A stretch of DNA of 32,000 bases from Candidatus Methylomirabilis oxygeniifera (GTDB taxonomy: Bacteria > Methylomirabilota > Methylomirabilia > Methylomirabilales > Methylomirabilaceae). Each line of letters starts with the position of its first letter. The first letter of the stretch is position 1. The DNA is taken from positions 870,001 through 902,000 of the forward strand of contig FP565575.1 of the NCBI GenBank assembly GCA_000091165.1, in the 5' to 3' direction. The translations under genes were made by a program, and so were the position numbers. The notes beneath the pieces are model-generated. The model made no database searches. It was not told the origin of the DNA and saw only the letters and a program-made list of their open reading frames with translations. Shown here one piece after another: positions 1 to 8,196 of the stretch.

Positions 1-2
1 TT

Positions 3-455
3 GCGCACGCCGAAGAGGCGTTTCCCGAGGAGGCCTGTGGTATCGTGATAGGCAAACCGGGCGATCCGAATACGAACCTTGTTCGCAGATGCGGAAATCT
101 GGCGAATCAGTATCACCTGGACGATCCGACTCGGAATCCGAGAGATGCAAAGACCGCCTACATCATGGACCCGAAGGACCTGCTGCGGGTTCAAAGCGAA
201 GCGGATGCGAAGGGCTTCGAGTTCGTTGTGCTCTATCATTCACACCCGGATCATGAGGCCTACTTCTCCGAGACCGATCGAGAGTTGGCGCTGTTCGACG
301 GTGAACCAGTGTGGTCTCGGCTGCGCTATCTCGTGGTATCGGTGAAAAATGGAAAGGTCTCGTATTTCAGGGTATTCGGTTGGGACACCATCGAAAAGCA
401 GTTTACGGCGGAGCCGTCCGCTGTCTTTGAACGAAAAGACCAGCCTCTCGTGTAG
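3..455 (+). CDS. JAMM/MPN+ (M67/Mov34 family) metallopeptidase, 5'-truncated by window edge
   Basis: Frame 3 is open from the window edge (AHAEEAFPEEACGIVIGKPGD...) through the listed ATG at 45; JAMM motif HSHPDHEAYFSETD (HxHP...SxxD). Confidence 0.85.
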   Translation, partial: AHAEEAFPEEACGIVIGKPGDPNTNLVRRCGNLANQYHLDDPTRNPRDAKTAYIMDPKDLLRVQSEADAKGFEFVVLYHSHPDHEAYFSETDRELALFDGEPVWSRLRYLVVSVKNGKVSYFRVFGWDTIEKQFTAEPSAVFERKDQPLV

Positions 456-538
456 AGCTTCTTGAGGGAATGATACGTGATATGCGGGGCGTTCGAAACT
501 GAGCCGGATGGTCGCGAGATGAATAGGAAGCCAAGGGC

Positions 539-1480
539 ATGATGAATCTTGACGCCGGGCAGATTACGCTCATCGCGATCACGCTCTTTGCGGCTGCCGT
601 CAATGGGGCGCTGGGATACGGGTTTTCATCGCTGACCGTCCCGGTTGCTCTCATCTTTTATTCCAACCGGATCTTAAATCCCGCCCTGGTGTTGGTAGAG
701 GTGGCGCTCAACAGCTACGTACTGCTTGTCAATCGACGGAGCATCCCGAAGATCTGGAAGAGGGTGCTGCCGATCGTGTGCGGTCTCATTCCTGGCGTCA
801 TCGCGGGGAGCTATGCCCTCTCGATGGCAAGTCCGGAATGGCTGAAGCTGATCACGTATCTCATCGTGCTGCCGCTAATCCTGCTGCAGGCGGCAGGGGT
901 AAGACGGCCGATCCGGTCTGAGCGGCTCATTGGCGTGCCGTTTGGCGCCGGTGTCGGCGTACTCTATTCGACAACCACCATCTCTGGTCCTCCGTTGGCG
1001 CTCCTTTTTAACAATCAGGGCTTTGTCAAAGGCGAGTTTCGAGCCGCCCTTGGCATGATCAGAATGGTCGAATCGACCGTCACAGCGACTGCGTATTATT
1101 ACCTTGGAGTGTACACTGCGGGGAGCGTAGGACTCCTGTGGTCGATCGTGCCGAGCGTGGCGATAGGGATCCCGCTGGGGGCCTACGTCATCAGCCAGAT
1201 GAATGCTGAAACATTTCGCAGAATCTGTATGAGCTTTGACGCCTGGGTAGTGGGCTTCGGCTTATCCAAGGTGCTGATCGATCTGAAATTGACGACCAGC
1301 CCGAGTGGTTACATTGTCTGGCTGGCCGTTATCGTGACTGATCTGACGTTACTCTACGGCTTCTTTACGAGGCAGCCTGAGATCCCGGTGGCCGCCTTGG
1401 CGGTCGATGTCCCTGACGGTAGTCCCAGGCTCATACCGCAGAAAACTCCGGCTGTGACCCCGGATGATCTGGCTACGTAA
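539..1480 (+). CDS. TauE/SafE-family sulfite exporter-like membrane permease
   Basis: 313 aa, multiple hydrophobic segments, N-terminal GALGYGFSSLTVP and central STTTISGPPLALLFNNQG typical of TauE/SafE proteins. Confidence 0.8.
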   Translation: MMNLDAGQITLIAITLFAAAVNGALGYGFSSLTVPVALIFYSNRILNPALVLVEVALNSYVLLVNRRSIPKIWKRVLPIVCGLIPGVIAGSYALSMASPEWLKLITYLIVLPLILLQAAGVRRPIRSERLIGVPFGAGVGVLYSTTTISGPPLALLFNNQGFVKGEFRAALGMIRMVESTVTATAYYYLGVYTAGSVGLLWSIVPSVAIGIPLGAYVISQMNAETFRRICMSFDAWVVGFGLSKVLIDLKLTTSPSGYIVWLAVIVTDLTLLYGFFTRQPEIPVAALAVDVPDGSPRLIPQKTPAVTPDDLAT

Positions 1481-1528
1481 GTCTATTTCTAGGCCGTTGG
1501 CGGGCGATGAATGATGGAGAGGGTAATC

Positions 1529-3358
1529 ATGAATAATGCGAGCGAACCGGTGGACGCTGAGCAGCCGGCAAACGTTTTAACTCCGACTAATGGACGGATC
1601 AATCAAGAAAAGGCGCAGTCCGCGAACGGGTCGTCCTGGGCCAGTGAGGAGGACATCGACACCTTCGATCAGTTTGTCCGGAGATTTTGGAAGGGGGAGA
1701 TCTCCCCGGACGAATTCAAGCGGTTCCGCCTGCAGAACGGGATCTATGGACAGCGGCAGGAAGGGGAGCAGATGTTTCGGATCAAGATCCCGTGGGGCGG
1801 CCTCAGTGCGGCTCAATTGGAGTTACTCGCCGAGTTGGCGGCGAAGGCTCCGAATGGGGTAGCCCACGTCACGACCCGCCAGAACATCCAGCTTCACTTC
1901 ATCAAGCTCGAGCAGGTAACAGGACTGATGAGGAGCCTGGCCTCGGTCGGCCTGACGACCAGAGAGGCCTGCGGCAACACCGTTCGCAACGTCACGGTCG
2001 GGCACTGCGCCGGGGTCTGTCCTCAGGAACTGTTTGACGTGACCCCGTATGCTGAGACGATTGCGCGATTTCTCCTGCGCAATCCGATGAACCAGAACCT
2101 GCCCAGGAAGTTTAAGATCTCATTCTCCGGTTGCCCCGACGACCTTGGCCTCAGTCCCATGCAGGACATCGGCGCCTGCGCCGCGCTGCGATCTGCGGAG
2201 GGTAAGGAGGAGCGCGGATTTCAGCTCTATGTCGGGGGCGGATTGGGTCCCATACCACGCATCGCGGAGTTGCTTGAGGAGTTTACGTCGGCGGATCGGC
2301 TCCTTCCGACAGTTGCTGCCGTCGTACGCGTATTCGACCGCCTCGGTAATCGCGACGATCGGCACAAGGCCAGGATGAAGTTTGTACTGAACAAGTTGGG
2401 GATCGAGACGTTTCGGGCGTTGGTGTTTCAGGAGCGGACCGGCCTCGAATCCACAATGGCCGGGCAGTTCCCTCCTATTGTCATGTGGGAGAAGGTCCCG
2501 CTTCATCAGGCGCCGTCCGGTTCGACGGGCGCCCCCGTAGAGCCTGACGATTCTGCCTACCGACGGTGGAGGACTACCAATGTTCTGCAACAGAAGCAGG
2601 CCGGGTATACCATGGTCTGTATTCGCCTTGAACTGGGTGACATCACCTCAGCGCAGCTCCGAACCCTCGCCTTTGCGGCGCGCGAGTTCGGCGATGGTGC
2701 CGTCCGCAGCACGAACCAGCAGAACTTCGCTCTCAGGTGGGTTCCGTCCGGGCGCCTGCCTGCGCTCTATCGGGTACTGAGCGCCGTCGGTCTGGCTGCT
2801 CCCGCGGCCGAACGGTTGGCTGATGTGACTGCCTGCCCAGGCGCCGATACCTGCCAACTCGGAATCACCTCCTCCCGCGGCCTGGGCGCCGCTCTGGGAG
2901 CGCTTTGCGATGATGAACTGAAGGGTCTGGCGGATGAGACGGGGATTCGGATCAAGATCTCCGCCTGTCCAAACTCTTGTGGTCAGCATCATCTTGCAGA
3001 CATCGGACTGTATGGCGGCGCCAAAAAGTTCAACGGTCAACAGGTGCCGACCTACGAGATGTTGCTGGGCGCGAGGTTGACGCCTGGCCAGGCGAGCTAT
3101 GCCAAACCGGTAGCGCGGATTCCGGCAAAGAATGTTCCGGGCGCGGTGGAGGCGGTCCTCCTGCACTATCAGAAAGAGCGACAGGATGGGGAGTCGTTCG
3201 GCAGCTTTTTGGATCGGCGTGGGTTGGAGTCCGCAAAGACGGTTCTGGCGCCGTTCACAGAGCTGCCGCCGGCCTCCGAGGCGCCGGATCAGTATCTTGA
3301 CTACAATGCTGAAGAGGCGTTTTCCATTCATGTTGGTCCCGGCGAGTGCGCCTCGTAG
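1529..3358 (+). CDS. Siroheme/[4Fe-4S] nitrite/sulfite reductase (assimilatory-type)
   Basis: TTRQNIQLHF, GNTVRNVTVGHCAGVC, and cluster motifs CPGADTC (Cx5C) and CPNSC (Cx3C). Start at 1529 favoured over 1511 by RBS ggagagg. Confidence 0.9.
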   Translation: MNNASEPVDAEQPANVLTPTNGRINQEKAQSANGSSWASEEDIDTFDQFVRRFWKGEISPDEFKRFRLQNGIYGQRQEGEQMFRIKIPWGGLSAAQLELLAELAAKAPNGVAHVTTRQNIQLHFIKLEQVTGLMRSLASVGLTTREACGNTVRNVTVGHCAGVCPQELFDVTPYAETIARFLLRNPMNQNLPRKFKISFSGCPDDLGLSPMQDIGACAALRSAEGKEERGFQLYVGGGLGPIPRIAELLEEFTSADRLLPTVAAVVRVFDRLGNRDDRHKARMKFVLNKLGIETFRALVFQERTGLESTMAGQFPPIVMWEKVPLHQAPSGSTGAPVEPDDSAYRRWRTTNVLQQKQAGYTMVCIRLELGDITSAQLRTLAFAAREFGDGAVRSTNQQNFALRWVPSGRLPALYRVLSAVGLAAPAAERLADVTACPGADTCQLGITSSRGLGAALGALCDDELKGLADETGIRIKISACPNSCGQHHLADIGLYGGAKKFNGQQVPTYEMLLGARLTPGQASYAKPVARIPAKNVPGAVEAVLLHYQKERQDGESFGSFLDRRGLESAKTVLAPFTELPPASEAPDQYLDYNAEEAFSIHVGPGECAS

Positions 3359-3421
3359 TGGTTGGATGAAGCTGAGCGCTGTTTGCTGAACGCTTTTTTC
3401 AAGAGCATAAGAGGAGAGAGC

Positions 3422-4402
3422 ATGCGAAGACAGATCGTCACGCCGGTCCTGTGGATAGTTGGACTGGCGTTAGCAGCAGGAGTCGCGTGGATTGACCAGG
3501 CGTGGGCGTACGAAGCCTGGGTCACGAATCAGGAAGATCATACCGTTATCGTGATCGATACCGAGACGAACAAGGTGATTGATACGATTACGCCAGGCGG
3601 TAAGAAGCCGCATAATGTTGCTTTCTCGCCGGATGGCGTCCATGCCTTTATCGCGAACGCCGCATCCAACGATGTGAGCATGGTCGACGTAAAGACGAGG
3701 AAGCTGGTTGCCACACTGCCTGCGGGAATCAGAGCCCATGGTCCGGCGGTCTCTCCGGATGGGCGGCAGCTCTGGGTGGCGAACCCGGGATCCAATGACG
3801 TGACGGTCATTGATCTGGAGGGGCGACACACGATCGATACGATCGCGGTAGGAAAGGCTCCCGCACTTATCGTCTTCGACCCGAAGGGCGTACGGGCCTA
3901 TGTCAGCAACGGGGGCTCTGGAGATCTGTCGGTGATCGACGTGAAGAGTCGAAAGATCGTCACGACGATCGAAGCCGGTCGAGGCGCCATGGGGACCGAC
4001 GTGACCTGGGACGGCAAACTCCTGTTGGTCACAGCAGGAGATGTAGATCAAATCGACGTCATTCATCTCGTGAATCATCAGGTTGCGGCACGGATTCCCC
4101 GCGATGGCGAGCCTCATGGCCTGGTGATCTCGCCTGACGGCAAGCGGGCGTATGTGGCCAATCGTAAGGCTAATGTCGTGTCGGTCATTGACTGCAAGGC
4201 GTTGAAGATCGTCAAAGATATTCCGGCAGGCAAGCGGATCGACATCGTGACGATCACGCCTGACGGCCGTCGGCTCTACGTGACCAGCCGTGACACAAAC
4301 AGTGTCATTGTCATCGATACATTGACGGATAAGATTGTCGCTGAGATCCCGACAGGAAAAGATCCGCATGGGATCGCCATACTCCCTGCGAGTCATCACT
4401 AA
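3422..4402 (+). CDS. YVTN-family beta-propeller repeat protein, secreted
   Basis: Repeats such as VIDTETNKVIDTITPGG / VANPGSNDVTVIDLEG / YVANRKANVVSVIDC; N-terminal signal peptide MRRQIVTPVLWIVGLALAAGVAWIDQAWA; start at 3422 with RBS. Confidence 0.88.
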   Translation: MRRQIVTPVLWIVGLALAAGVAWIDQAWAYEAWVTNQEDHTVIVIDTETNKVIDTITPGGKKPHNVAFSPDGVHAFIANAASNDVSMVDVKTRKLVATLPAGIRAHGPAVSPDGRQLWVANPGSNDVTVIDLEGRHTIDTIAVGKAPALIVFDPKGVRAYVSNGGSGDLSVIDVKSRKIVTTIEAGRGAMGTDVTWDGKLLLVTAGDVDQIDVIHLVNHQVAARIPRDGEPHGLVISPDGKRAYVANRKANVVSVIDCKALKIVKDIPAGKRIDIVTITPDGRRLYVTSRDTNSVIVIDTLTDKIVAEIPTGKDPHGIAILPASHH

Positions 4403-4481
4403 ACTATACGTGTATCAGTCGATTGCAACACCTTATGCAGTGATGGGCATGAAAGTCCGAGGGGGACTCCCGCGTCGCGTT

Positions 4482-4571
4482 GTCATTGCGAGCGACCAAC
4501 GGGAGCGCGGCAATCTTACCGTCGTAGTCCTAAAAGACTGTGGGATTGCTTCGGCTTCGCCTCGCAATGAC
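4482..4571. repeat. Imperfect palindromic intergenic repeat (BIME/REP-like), GTCATTGCGAG...GCAATC // GATTGC...CTCGCAATGAC
   Basis: Inverted terminal segments GTCATTGCGAG and CTCGCAATGAC read directly in the sequence; family common in intergenic DNA of many bacteria. Confidence 0.65.
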
Positions 4572-4663
4572 ATGGGAGACTTTCGAAGTAATGATATGGT
4601 CGTAATCGGGCGTAGAACTGCGTGAACCGTGTATGCATTCATGTGTTCCAACAAGGAGGAATG

Positions 4664-5449
4664 ATGGCAGGAGAATCGGGAGTGCAGAGTGTGAATCAAG
4701 GAAGTGGAACGTTGTCTGCGGAGGAGGTGGCTGAGCTGAATCGACGACTTCGCGGCGCCACGCCGGAGGCCGTGCTTCGATGGGCGATCGATACGTTCGC
4801 CCCGAAACTGGCGCTCGCCAGCAGTTTTGGGGCTGAAGATATGGTGTTGATCGATATGCTGTCGAAGCTTCAGCCACCGATTACGATCTTTACCCTGGAC
4901 ACCGGACGGCTGCATGAAGAGACGTACGACGTAATGGAGCGGACCCGGGAACGGTACAAGGTGACGATTGAGAGCTATTTTCCGGGGCGAGACGCCGTAG
5001 AGGCGTTGGAGCGAGAGCGCGGGTTTTATTCCTTCCGGCAGAGTGTCGAAGATCGAAAGTTCTGTTGTCGCGTTCGAAAGGTGGAGCCGCTGGGCCGGGC
5101 GTTGAAGAGTGTTGACGCATGGATCACTGGGCTTCGGCGGGAGCAGGCGGCGACCCGCACCGCGATCGACATCGTGGAAATCGATGCGAGCCATGGCTCA
5201 ATCCTCAAGATCAACCCTCTCGTCGAGTGGACCGAGCCGCAGGTCTGGGCATATATCCGCGAGCACGATGTGCCCTATAACGCCCTCCATGATCAGGGAT
5301 TCCCCAGCATCGGTTGCTCACCATGCACGCGGGCTATCAAGCCTGGTGAAGATGTGCGGGCGGGACGATGGTGGTGGGAAAACCCCGAGACCAAGGAGTG
5401 CGGGTTACATCTCGACAGCCGGCATGGCGATCACGGTAAAAGCAGCTAA
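4664..5449 (+). CDS. cysH: Fe-S type adenylylsulfate (APS/PAPS) reductase
   Basis: ASSFGAEDMVLIDM, KFCCRVRKVEPL, GCSPCTRAIKPGEDVRAGRWWWE..ECGLH (paired CC...CxxC cysteines of Fe-S APS reductases). RBS aaggagg precedes tandem ATGs at 4661/4664. Confidence 0.88.
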   Translation: MAGESGVQSVNQGSGTLSAEEVAELNRRLRGATPEAVLRWAIDTFAPKLALASSFGAEDMVLIDMLSKLQPPITIFTLDTGRLHEETYDVMERTRERYKVTIESYFPGRDAVEALERERGFYSFRQSVEDRKFCCRVRKVEPLGRALKSVDAWITGLRREQAATRTAIDIVEIDASHGSILKINPLVEWTEPQVWAYIREHDVPYNALHDQGFPSIGCSPCTRAIKPGEDVRAGRWWWENPETKECGLHLDSRHGDHGKSS

Positions 5450-5482
5450 GGCGAGGGGTCGATCTTAACGGGAGAGCAAATA

Positions 5483-6676
5483 ATGGCGGAATCGAAAGAA
5501 CTAACGGAGAATGAGGCGCTGACGCCGATCCTTCCGCATGGCGGGCGGCTCGTCTCGCGGGTACTGACAGGAGAGGCCAGGGCCGACGCGATCGGCAGAG
5601 CGCGAGATCTTCCGATGATCTCGTTGAACGCGAGGGCCATCTCGGACGTGGAATGCCTGGCCACCGGTGTGTTCAGTCCGCTCGAAGGGTTTATGAATCG
5701 AGCCGACTATGAGGGCGTAGTCCATGAAATGCGCCTGAAGAGCGGCATACTATGGACGTTGCCGATCACCTTGGCGGCGCCCAAGGATGATGTGGCTGGG
5801 CTCAAGCAGGGAGGCGAGGCGGCCTTACTCGGCTCGGACGGCGAACTGCTTGGTCTGCTTTCGGTGGAGGAGATTTTCCCTTATGATAAGCGAGCGGAGG
5901 CATGTCTGGTCTACAGCACCGAAGAGACGCGCCATCCGGGCGTCCAATACCTCTATCAGCGAGGCGATCTCCTGATAGGCGGTGCGGTCAGCCTGGTCCG
6001 GCCCCCGACGCTGCCTGGATTCGAAGACTATTACTACGTACCGACTGAGACGCGGCGGCAATTCAAGGAGCGCGGATGGCAGACCATCGTCGGGTTCCAG
6101 ACTCGCAACCCGATTCATCGATCGCACGAATACATTCAAAAGTGCGCGTTGGAGTTGATGGACGGTCTGCTGATCCACCCGCTGGTCGGTCGGACCAAAC
6201 TTGACGACATTCCATCGGAGATCCGCCTTCGTTGCTATCGCGCGCTTGAGGAACGTTACTTCCCGAAGGATCGCGTGATGCTGAGCGTGTTTCCCGGCGC
6301 GATGCGATATGCGGGCCCACGGGAGGCGGTCTTCCATGCTCTGGTCAGAAAGAATTACGGCTGCACCCACTTCATTGTTGGGCGGGATCCCGCTGGAGTC
6401 GGGGGCTACTACCATCCGTACGCAGCCCGTGACCTTTTCCTGCGGCTGAATCGCAATGAACTGGATATCACCCCGCTTTTCTTCGACGAGGCATTCTTCT
6501 GTCGTCGCTGCGATGGGATGGCGTCGGCCAAGACCTGCCCGCACGACGCTTCCGAGCGGGTTACGTTGAGCGGGACGCGCGTTCGCGAGCTCCTTCGGAG
6601 CGGCGAGCCGCTGCCGGAGGAGTTTACACGACCGGAGGTCTCGGAGATCCTGGCGGAATGGATGCAGGGAGTATAA
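5483..6676 (+). CDS. sat: Sulfate adenylyltransferase (ATP sulfurylase)
   Basis: 397 aa; QTRNPIHRSHEYIQKCALE, GRDPAGVGGYYHPYAARDLF, FFCRRCDGMASAKTCPHD, LSGTRVRELLRSGE. Confidence 0.95.
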   Translation: MAESKELTENEALTPILPHGGRLVSRVLTGEARADAIGRARDLPMISLNARAISDVECLATGVFSPLEGFMNRADYEGVVHEMRLKSGILWTLPITLAAPKDDVAGLKQGGEAALLGSDGELLGLLSVEEIFPYDKRAEACLVYSTEETRHPGVQYLYQRGDLLIGGAVSLVRPPTLPGFEDYYYVPTETRRQFKERGWQTIVGFQTRNPIHRSHEYIQKCALELMDGLLIHPLVGRTKLDDIPSEIRLRCYRALEERYFPKDRVMLSVFPGAMRYAGPREAVFHALVRKNYGCTHFIVGRDPAGVGGYYHPYAARDLFLRLNRNELDITPLFFDEAFFCRRCDGMASAKTCPHDASERVTLSGTRVRELLRSGEPLPEEFTRPEVSEILAEWMQGV

Positions 6677-7348
6677 TCAGAACTTCGGCAGCCGGGTGGT
6701 AGGGTAGTCGGCGTCGAACCAGTGGCCCATACCGCCCGGCACGTTGCCGACCCTCGGGAAGTGGTGATGCAGCAGGATACTGGCCGCCGTGCTGCTGCGC
6801 AAGCCCTCCGCACAGATCAGGACGGTCTCTCTGTGCGGATCGAGTGAGCCGGCGTGCTGCCAGATCTCTCCAAGCGGGATGAGCAGTGACTCTTGGATGT
6901 GGCCCCACTCCCACTCGAAGGGCTCACGCACGTCTATCAGCACCAGCTCTTCGGTGGCAGCGTGTAATCGTTGCCGGAGCGCGGCGGCGGATATCGGTGG
7001 CAGTGTAGCAAGCGGGAGCCCCTCGGCGCACCACGTAGCGATCCCAGTTGTGACGATACCCAGAAGAGGATTTCGGTGTATACCGTACAGGGCGTCCCTG
7101 GCGGCCTCGGCAACAGTTGCCTCGTCAGAGAAGAGTATGGTTGAGGGACCGGGCGGGATCGCAGTTGCGATACGCTCGGCAAGACTCTTACGACTGAAAG
7201 CAACATTGACACTTCGCGGAATATGGCCTGAGGCAAACGCGTCGTGCGGGCGCAGATCGATCAGCAACACGCCGGTCTCTAATGCGGCCTTCATCTGATG
7301 CGGCGTCAATATCGGTATCTCGGTCGGCATTGCGGTAGAATTCTCCAT
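6677..7348 (-). CDS. Tandem rhodanese-domain protein (only the C-terminal domain has a catalytic Cys)
   Basis: Two rhodanese folds (LLIDLRPHDAFASGHIPRSVNV; LVLIDVREPFEWEWGHI...VLICAEGLRS). Convergent with sat, stops abutting. Confidence 0.85.
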   Translation of the reverse strand: MENSTAMPTEIPILTPHQMKAALETGVLLIDLRPHDAFASGHIPRSVNVAFSRKSLAERIATAIPPGPSTILFSDEATVAEAARDALYGIHRNPLLGIVTTGIATWCAEGLPLATLPPISAAALRQRLHAATEELVLIDVREPFEWEWGHIQESLLIPLGEIWQHAGSLDPHRETVLICAEGLRSSTAASILLHHHFPRVGNVPGGMGHWFDADYPTTRLPKF

Positions 7349-7460
7349 AAAAGCTATATCCGGGGTAGGGATTGGACTTTACTGTCTACCTGAGACAGTT
7401 TATACTCCACCGGATGAAAAGCTCAAGCGGAATCTACGCGGTCGATCTTCGAGAGAGGCG

Positions 7461-7700
7461 ATGACAAAAAAACGAGTGCACCTGACGTTCACCGGTAAGC
7501 TGACCGAGGAGCCGATCCTGTGGCAGTTGAGTCAGACATTCGATTTAGTGTTTAATATTCGTCAGGCTGATTTTACCGAAGGGATCGGGTGGATCATGGC
7601 TGAACTCGAGGGAGAGCCGCAGTCGCTTGAGAATGGGATCGAGTGGCTGGAGGCTCGCGGCGTCCATGTGGCGCCGATCGAGCAGGATATCGTCTCCTGA
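7461..7700 (+). CDS. NIL-domain protein (copy 1)
   Basis: 79 aa; KKRVHLTFTGKLTEEPILWQLSQTFDLVFNIRQADFTEGIGWIMAELEGE, resembles the MetN C-terminal NIL domain; RBS gagagagg. Confidence 0.8.
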   Translation: MTKKRVHLTFTGKLTEEPILWQLSQTFDLVFNIRQADFTEGIGWIMAELEGEPQSLENGIEWLEARGVHVAPIEQDIVS

Positions 7701-7760
7701 GTCGCGTGATTTGTGCTTGACAGGGGAAAGTCGTTTTGATTATATAACGAGCGTTGACCT

Positions 7761-7876
7761 TTTCATCCAGAGTGGCTGAGGGACTGGCCCTGCGAAGCCA
7801 CGGCAACCGGTTTGCGGTTCACACCGGCAAACAGTGGTGCCAACTCCTACATCCCAGACACAGGGCGGGATGAGAG
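7761..7876 (+). promoter_or_regulatory. SAM-I (S-box) riboswitch
   Basis: tttcatccagagtggctgagggactggccctgcgaagccacggcaacc...ggtgccaactcc...gggatgaga matches the S-box core; P1 closed by tcatcc/gggatga. Confidence 0.9.
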
Positions 7877-7902
7877 ATGAGAAGGAAGCCGTCGACTTCG
7901 AC

Positions 7903-7940
7903 AGCCCCTTCTCGCAGCCTTGAGAAGGGGCTTTTCATTT
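7903..7940 (+). terminator. Riboswitch-associated intrinsic terminator
   Basis: agccccttctc(7903-7913) / gagaaggggct(7922-7932), perfect 11-bp stem followed by tttcattt; gagaagg at 7879-7885 can pair with ccttctc 7907-7913 as an anti-terminator. Confidence 0.85.
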
Positions 7941-7958
7941 CACAAAAGGGGTCATACC

Positions 7959-8195
7959 ATGCCGAAACGGATGATCACCCTCATCTATCCGCAGGCGCTC
8001 ATCAAAGAGCCGGTTATCTATCGTCTTTCGCGGGAATTCAAGCTTATTCCCAATGTCCGTCGGGCGCGGGTGACGGAGCAGACGGGCGAAGTACTGCTGG
8101 AGCTGGACGGCGAGGAGGGCGCGTTGAACAAGGGGATTGCCTACCTGGTCGGTCTGGGAATCAGGGTCGAGCCGACTCCAGAGAAGGGATGCTAA
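7959..8195 (+). CDS. NIL-domain protein (copy 2)
   Basis: 78 aa; MPKRMITLIYPQALIKEPVIYRLSREFKLIPNVRRARVTEQTGEVLLELDGE; ATG after the riboswitch/terminator, before the listed ORF's internal region. Confidence 0.8.
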   Translation: MPKRMITLIYPQALIKEPVIYRLSREFKLIPNVRRARVTEQTGEVLLELDGEEGALNKGIAYLVGLGIRVEPTPEKGC

Positions 8196-8196
8196 G

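Noticed and set aside
2648-3331. 227-aa minus-strand ORF opposite the sulfite reductase
   Set aside because: Antisense shadow ORF with no domain or RBS support.
3470-4399. 309-aa minus-strand ORF antisense to the YVTN propeller gene
   Set aside because: Shadow ORF produced by high GC and codon periodicity of a well-supported plus-strand gene; no recognisable domain.
5825-6544. 239-aa minus-strand ORF opposite sat
   Set aside because: Lies wholly within the strongly conserved sat gene; low-complexity composition, no family features.
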